Source: an uncultured Oceanospirillaceae bacterium (GTDB lineage Bacteria; Pseudomonadota; Gammaproteobacteria; Pseudomonadales; Balneatricaceae). Taken from it: a stretch of DNA of 64,000 bases. The notes beneath the pieces are model-generated. The model made no database searches and was not told where the DNA came from. It saw only the letters and a program-made list of their open reading frames with translations. The translations under genes and the position numbers were made by a program. This document shows, piece by piece, positions 58,712 through 64,000 of the stretch; the stretch's first letter is position 1, and each line of letters opens with the position of its first letter. The stretch is taken from contig CAKZOD010000043.1 in assembly GCA_937136055.1 (NCBI GenBank), positions 26,783 through 90,782 on the forward strand. The letters are read 5' to 3'.

Positions 58712-59902
58712 TTAGCTGTCTTCTGAGTTGGCGGCAGTGGCGGGAAGTACGTCGTTCACGGCTTGTTGATTAGGCTCAATATTGGAAGATAGAGCGTCAA
58801 TGACTTCGCGAATCTTAGCAAGGCTTGCTTCGAAGCTAGATTGCTGTTCTTTGCTTGCATCGATATAGCGGCTGTCTTGCTGTACAAGGCTATCAAGTAA
58901 CTGCTGGCTAACTTTAGATATATCTTTTAAGAAGCCTAGCTCAGGTCTTTCAATCGCTTTGTCGAAGTTGTTCAATAAGTGTCCTGCAAGTTTGCCTACA
59001 TCAGGTGTCGCGTTGTTTTGTACCCCGCGATAGCTTGAAGCTGCACTGTATTCTTGAGATTTAGTGAGTTGTAGGTGCATCGACGAAAGCTCGCTCTTGT
59101 CCATCTTAAACTCAGTCGCTTGCTCAAAGGCCTTTTGCACATCACCATTGAAAAACTCATTGGCAATTTTGCTGACGTCATCAATCAATTTATTGATAGC
59201 TTCAAGTTCGCCTTCGTCTAGGTCGCCGCTCACTTGGAATTGAAAAGCGCTGCTTTGGCTCTGGCTAAATTGAAATGAGGTTGCAGAGTTGCCTTTGCCA
59301 TCATTTACATGGCCAAAAGAGGCTTCTTGGCTGCTTTGGTTGGCAAACAAGATTTGTACAGAATCGCCATCTTGGGTTTTAAGATCAAGGGAGAAGGTTT
59401 CTGCGCTTTTGTAACGCTCTGCTGCTGCCACCTGAGTGTGATAAACAGGTAGGCTAGGTTGGCTCTCAGCAGAAGGGTTAAGTGCTTCGAGTGCTTTAAA
59501 TGTTAAATCTTCTGTTTTATCAATATTGCTCGCAATATCTTCAGTGAGAAAATTAAGCCCATCCAAAATTTCACGGGCTTCTTCAAAGCCTTTTTTAACG
59601 CCCGACATCGCCGCTTCATATTTGCTTTGAATTTCTGCTTCGCTACGACCTTCATTGCGGGCATTTTCTAAGCCCATTGCAACAAATTTAGAAATTCTGT
59701 CGGCAACTTTAGCAGGTGAGAAGTCACTAGTGGCTAAATCGGTAACGTCATCTTTTTTTAGACCAGGAACGTTTTTAGCAAGACGCTCCATCAATGCTTC
59801 ATTAGCGGTGTTGCCAGGATTGCGGCTTGCCTCGTTTTCTGTAGCAATAAATTCTGATTTTTGCTGTACAAATGATGTGTTCGAATAAAGTGTATTAATC
59901 AT
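58712..59902 (-). CDS. DUF5610-domain protein
   Basis: 'DFSPAKVADRISKFV', 'GVKKGFEEAREIL', 'LKTQDGDSVQI', 'VSGDLDEGELEAINKL' resemble DUF5610-family proteins as recalled. Confidence 0.65.
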   Translation of the reverse strand: MINTLYSNTSFVQQKSEFIATENEASRNPGNTANEALMERLAKNVPGLKKDDVTDLATSDFSPAKVADRISKFVAMGLENARNEGRSEAEIQSKYEAAMSGVKKGFEEAREILDGLNFLTEDIASNIDKTEDLTFKALEALNPSAESQPSLPVYHTQVAAAERYKSAETFSLDLKTQDGDSVQILFANQSSQEASFGHVNDGKGNSATSFQFSQSQSSAFQFQVSGDLDEGELEAINKLIDDVSKIANEFFNGDVQKAFEQATEFKMDKSELSSMHLQLTKSQEYSAASSYRGVQNNATPDVGKLAGHLLNNFDKAIERPELGFLKDISKVSQQLLDSLVQQDSRYIDASKEQQSSFEASLAKIREVIDALSSNIEPNQQAVNDVLPATAANSEDS

Positions 59903-59935
59903 AACAGAGCCCTCTTAATTTAATACGATACATAA

Positions 59936-59962
59936 TTATCGGCTTGTGTGTAAAAATATTGA
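59936..59962 (-). promoter_or_regulatory. Sigma28 (FliA)-type promoter
   Basis: Minus strand TCAA-N15-GCCGATAA (perfect -10, canonical spacing), 33 bp upstream of the 59902 start codon. Confidence 0.7.
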
Positions 59963-60336
59963 GGGGTAATCAGAAAAAAAGCAGTCTTTTTTTAGAAGAA
60001 TATTACCCATTTGTGGCTTTAGGTTTAATAGAGCTATAATAGTTTTACTTTGCGCAATTTGCTAATTGATATAAGTGTTTGTTTGTTAATGGTTTAGTTG
60101 GGATTGAGAGAGGGGTTTGAAAGTATCAAAAAACTGTCAATAATAGCAATGTAGCCTTTTTACTGGCAATCAAAGCGGCTGTGTATTTTAGGTGATAGTT
60201 TTTAGGTATAGTGCTGTTTAGATTCTGTTCATCAAACATAAATCTTAGGTTTTGTAATATGTTAGCTTAAAGTAGATGTGCGAAAAGCTCACAATTGTGT
60301 GTAGCCGATGCAGATAGATTGATTATTGAGGCCGTT

Positions 60337-60858
60337 ATGAGAGATATTCACAAAGGTGCTATCTTTTTAATACTCGCGCTATTAGCCAGTGTTGTCACGC
60401 TGTCTATGGATGATCGACGCTGGGAAATGGCTTTTATCAATTGGGAGGAAAAGCAAGACTTGGATGTGCAAAATATTCAATCTCAATTGCTCGCAGGTTT
60501 AGATCCTACCTTAAATGCAGAGGCAACCGCTGCTGGTAATCCTTCAAACACTCAACAAGCTGTTATTTCAAATTCAGCCAGCGCTAAAAAGAATAGTTAC
60601 TGCTTTAGTGGCAAAATTGCACGTGATCTTAGTAGTGATCAATTTCATGAAATGCCTTATGTCTCTGTTAAAGAGAATCAGGATACTTTTATAAATATTG
60701 ATAATGACTTTGCACTGCTGATAAAAAGTGCCTACGAGATGCAATCGGCTTCATTGATTCAGTCGTTACCGACAAATGTTGCACAGTTAATGCAGTCTGC
60801 GATGGCAAATGGCCGCTGCATTGAATTGGACCTACATCTGGCTAAAATAAAGTCATAG
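60337..60858 (+). CDS. Hypothetical protein with N-terminal signal/TM segment
   Basis: ATG 60337 after GAGG; hydrophobic 'IFLILALLASVVTL'; two Cys in the C-terminal half. Confidence 0.65.
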   Translation: MRDIHKGAIFLILALLASVVTLSMDDRRWEMAFINWEEKQDLDVQNIQSQLLAGLDPTLNAEATAAGNPSNTQQAVISNSASAKKNSYCFSGKIARDLSSDQFHEMPYVSVKENQDTFINIDNDFALLIKSAYEMQSASLIQSLPTNVAQLMQSAMANGRCIELDLHLAKIKS

Positions 60859-61047
60859 TTCGCTGTTTTTTAAGCTAATTGACTTTTTCTTGTAAAACCT
60901 TTCCCAATTTCTGTTTGATCAGTTTAAGATATCTTTTTGTAAGTGCATATTTATGCTGAGATCTCAGTAAGTCATGTTGTCTTTTTGATGGTCAATATTA
61001 CCATCAATGGTGTGGATCTAAAGTCAGTGTGAGCGAGGGAGTGATGA

Positions 61048-61353
61048 ATGAGTCAGACAAGATCTGAAGAAAACGCAAGAAACGCGGTTAAAGAACAGCG
61101 CAACCCGCTGATGAATGGTAATGATATAAATCATATTTTGGTTCATGGGGCGCAAATTTCATATAGTAAGCTAAAACGTGCTGGTGGACATAATGCCCGT
61201 CTTTATTATTTTGCAGAGATTGGCGTGTACCTAGAAGTATCACTCTCTTCTGGTTCTGGTATTACTGATGACGCCCGTGAGCGTTTAGCTGAAATACATC
61301 AAAAAGCGTTAAATAAACTGATGCAAGCAAATATCAAGGATAACCATTCCTGA
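61048..61353 (+). CDS. Hypothetical protein (101 aa) upstream of uvrC
   Basis: GAGGGAG RBS region; co-oriented with uvrC; function not assigned. Confidence 0.7.
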   Translation: MSQTRSEENARNAVKEQRNPLMNGNDINHILVHGAQISYSKLKRAGGHNARLYYFAEIGVYLEVSLSSGSGITDDARERLAEIHQKALNKLMQANIKDNHS

Positions 61354-61426
61354 TAAGTTATGCGGTGCATTAAAGCATTACAACGTAAGATGAAGAATAC
61401 CCGTGGACAAAGAAAAAGGTTAAGTA

Positions 61427-63250
61427 TTGGAGCCATTTAATAGTAAAGAGTTTTTAGCGCGCTTGACGACACGCCCCGGTGTTTATCAAATGCGCGATGA
61501 GCAAGAAAAGCTGCTCTATATCGGTAAAGCTAAAAATCTTAAAAATAGAGTGTCGAGTTATTTTAGATCAACAGGATTGACGACTAAAACACAGTCTCTT
61601 GTGACTAAAATAGCATCTATTGATATTACAATTACACACGGCGAAACCGAAGCGCTTTTGCTAGAGCAAAGTTTAATAAAGCAATATCGTCCTCCTTATA
61701 ATATTTTATTGCGTGATGATAAAAGCTATCCGTTTATTTTTGTCAATGATAAAGAAGAGTATCCTTCTGTTACCTTTCATCGTGGTGCTAAAAGGCGTAA
61801 AGGCAGCTATTTTGGGCCTTTTCCCAGTGGTACAGCAGTGCGGGAAACTCTTAATATTTTGCAAAAAGTGTTTCAAATACGCCAATGTGACGAAAGTTTT
61901 TTTAAAAATCGCTCTCGCGCTTGTTTGCAGCATCAAATAAAACGCTGCTCAGCCCCTTGTGTCGAGCTGATATCAGCTGAGAGTTACCGTGCAGATATTA
62001 AACATGCGATTATGTTTTTGCAGGGAAAAAGCAATAAAATCATGTCAGATTTAGCCCAGCAAATGGAGCAGGCTTCAATGCAGCTCGATTTTGAAAGGGC
62101 TGCGATAATTCGTGATCAAATACAATCATTACAACATGTTCAAGAAGAGCAATCAGTGATATCCAATGCGGGTAATGCCGATGTGATAGGTTGTGCTATT
62201 GAACATGGTGCTGTGTGCGTTTATCAAATGTTCGTACGAGGCGGGCGCGTTATCGGCTCTAAAGCGCTTTATCCAAAGGTCTCCATTGAGGAAAGTGAAG
62301 CTGAAGTACTTAGCGCTTTTATAGCACAATGGTATCTAGGTACTAATCGTGAGATACCTGAAAGTATCATTTTATCGCATCCATTAAATGACACAGAGGT
62401 ATTAGTTGAAGCGCTGGCTCAGCAGCGAGGAGCCAAAATTGAGCTGACAGCAAATGTGCGCGCAGATAGAGCAGGGTGGCAGCGTTTAACCCAAACGAAT
62501 GCTGAACAGCAGCTAATTAATCAGTTGGCAAGTAAGAAGAATATCTTTAAACGCTTTTTATCGCTTCAGGAGGTTTTAGGTCTTGAAGATATTCCTAAGC
62601 GGTTGGAGTGCTTTGATATCTCTCACAGCTCAGGTGAGGCAACTGTTGCCTCTTGCGTTGTGTTTGATCATAACGGGCCGCTGAAAAAAGATTATCGGCG
62701 CTTTAATATAGAAGGCATTACCGGTGGTGATGATTACGCAGCGATGCACCAAGCTCTCACCAGACGCTTTGCAAAAATTAAGAAAGGAGAGGGCAAGAAG
62801 CCCGACATTCTTTTTATTGACGGTGGTAAAGGGCAAGTAACTCAAGCCGTTGATGTGTTAAAGTCTCTTGAAATATATGATATACAAGTCATTGGTATTG
62901 CAAAAGGGGTTACTCGAAAGCCAGGATTGGAAGTATTAATCAACCCAGATACCAATCAAGAAATTGATGTGGCAGCAGATACAGCAGGGCTACATTTGAT
63001 ACAACATATTCGCGATGAGTCGCACCGCTTTGCAATTACCGGCCATAGAGCGCGTAGAGCAAAGGCCAGAAAACGCTCAAAATTAGAAGATATTGAAGGA
63101 ATTGGACCGAAAAGGCGCAGAGAGCTTTTAAAACATTTTGGCTCTATCGGCTCAATTGAAAGCGCAAGCATTGAAGAAATTAAAAAAGTCTCTAGTATAA
63201 GCACCGCACTAGCACAAGATATATATGCTAGCCTTCATCCAGATAGATAA
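61427..63250 (+). CDS. uvrC: Excinuclease ABC subunit C
   Basis: GIY-YIG 'PGVYQM..LYIGKAKNLK', 'ECFDISH', 'DDYAAM', 'IDGGKGQ', 'RDESHRFA', HhH 'IEGIGPKRR'. Confidence 0.98.
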   Translation: MEPFNSKEFLARLTTRPGVYQMRDEQEKLLYIGKAKNLKNRVSSYFRSTGLTTKTQSLVTKIASIDITITHGETEALLLEQSLIKQYRPPYNILLRDDKSYPFIFVNDKEEYPSVTFHRGAKRRKGSYFGPFPSGTAVRETLNILQKVFQIRQCDESFFKNRSRACLQHQIKRCSAPCVELISAESYRADIKHAIMFLQGKSNKIMSDLAQQMEQASMQLDFERAAIIRDQIQSLQHVQEEQSVISNAGNADVIGCAIEHGAVCVYQMFVRGGRVIGSKALYPKVSIEESEAEVLSAFIAQWYLGTNREIPESIILSHPLNDTEVLVEALAQQRGAKIELTANVRADRAGWQRLTQTNAEQQLINQLASKKNIFKRFLSLQEVLGLEDIPKRLECFDISHSSGEATVASCVVFDHNGPLKKDYRRFNIEGITGGDDYAAMHQALTRRFAKIKKGEGKKPDILFIDGGKGQVTQAVDVLKSLEIYDIQVIGIAKGVTRKPGLEVLINPDTNQEIDVAADTAGLHLIQHIRDESHRFAITGHRARRAKARKRSKLEDIEGIGPKRRRELLKHFGSIGSIESASIEEIKKVSSISTALAQDIYASLHPDR

Positions 63251-63313
63251 AAATTAGGAATTATCACAGGAGTTATACAGTTTAGCTTACGTACCCGTAT
63301 TTAATCGGAGGTA

Positions 63314-63883
63314 ATGAGAGATAGCTGTCATTTTATGAATATACCGAATATTTTAACCTTACTTCGCATCGCGCTCATTCCTATTTTAGTTATCTTGTAT
63401 TACCTTCCATTTGGCTGGGTCAATATTGCCTGCGGGATTGTATTCGCAGTTGCCTGTTTTACAGACTGGTTGGATGGGTATTTAGCCAGAATGCTCGATC
63501 AGAATACCCGTTTAGGTGCATTTTTAGATCCCGTTGCGGATAAGCTCATCGTTGCAGTTGCGTTAGTGATGCTCTGTGTGACTTATGCAAGCCCTTGGAT
63601 TACCATTCCGGCAATTATTATTATATGTCGAGAAATTGTCATTTCTGCGTTGCGTGAGTGGATGGCAGAACTTGGAAAACGCTCAAATGTTAAAGTCTCC
63701 TATGTTGGCAAAGTAAAGACTGCCATGCAGATGCTATCTATTTTAGTGTTGTTGTCAGTAGATAAAGATCACTGGTTCAGTTGGGCGGGTATTATTGCTT
63801 TATACATTGCTGCCGTTTTGACGATTTGGTCTATGTTTATTTATCTCAGTGCCGCTTGGAGCGATCTAAAAAAACACAGTTAA
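63314..63883 (+). CDS. pgsA: CDP-diacylglycerol--glycerol-3-phosphate 3-phosphatidyltransferase
   Basis: 'NIPNILT', 'TDWLDGYLAR', 'GAFLDPVADK', 'REIVISALREWMA', 'GKVKT'; the start may be ATG 63335. Confidence 0.96.
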   Translation: MRDSCHFMNIPNILTLLRIALIPILVILYYLPFGWVNIACGIVFAVACFTDWLDGYLARMLDQNTRLGAFLDPVADKLIVAVALVMLCVTYASPWITIPAIIIICREIVISALREWMAELGKRSNVKVSYVGKVKTAMQMLSILVLLSVDKDHWFSWAGIIALYIAAVLTIWSMFIYLSAAWSDLKKHS

Positions 63884-64000
63884 AAAGCCTCTTCATAGAG
63901 CTGGTAGGGTGACTAAGGGCTAGGGTGGCTAAGAGGGGACACGCGATTTAGTCCCGGCCACCTTTTACAGTCATCACCACTTTCCTATAACCATAACGTT

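Noticed and set aside
1-64000. Mobile elements, prophage, CRISPR, rRNA/tRNA, defence islands
   Set aside because: No transposase, integrase, phage, cas, restriction-modification or toxin-antitoxin signatures, and no tRNA cloverleaf recognised by eye; a tRNAscan/ISEScan run would confirm.

Overview
Core-genome region of a marine-type gammaproteobacterium (roughly 40% GC by eye). Gene content resembles Oceanospirillales/Alteromonadales, but the taxon cannot be fixed from this window. I found no IS, prophage, CRISPR, rRNA or tRNA. From left to right: (1) a yjfI-pspA(yjfJ)-K+ channel-yjfK-yjfL operon running off the left edge, with a divergent DUF6471 HTH-like gene and a 24-bp palindrome between them; (2) two peptidases; (3) an iron-storage locus with a bfd gene missed by the ORF track, a 9-1-9 Fur-like box and two complementary bacterioferritin subunits; (4) a dpp ABC transporter, GNAT, orphan BatD, large NAD-glutamate dehydrogenase and a Mesh1-like HD hydrolase; (5) rhlE, lysR/leuCDB, a second DEAD-box helicase, Na/Pi cotransporter, bepA/tusA/perM; (6) RNA-modification genes, acnB with a PrpR-like palindrome, and an OmpA/TSP3 lipoprotein; (7) three c-di-GMP-domain proteins that all look catalytically degenerate; (8) a TPP-riboswitch thiO-thiS-thiG-thiE operon whose ThiE carries a decayed ThiD domain; (9) plsC, dcyD, a DUF5610-like gene with a sigma28-like promoter, several hypotheticals and uvrC-pgsA. 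The best candidate for an under-described system is the PspA/K+ channel operon with its putative DUF6471 regulator and operator.
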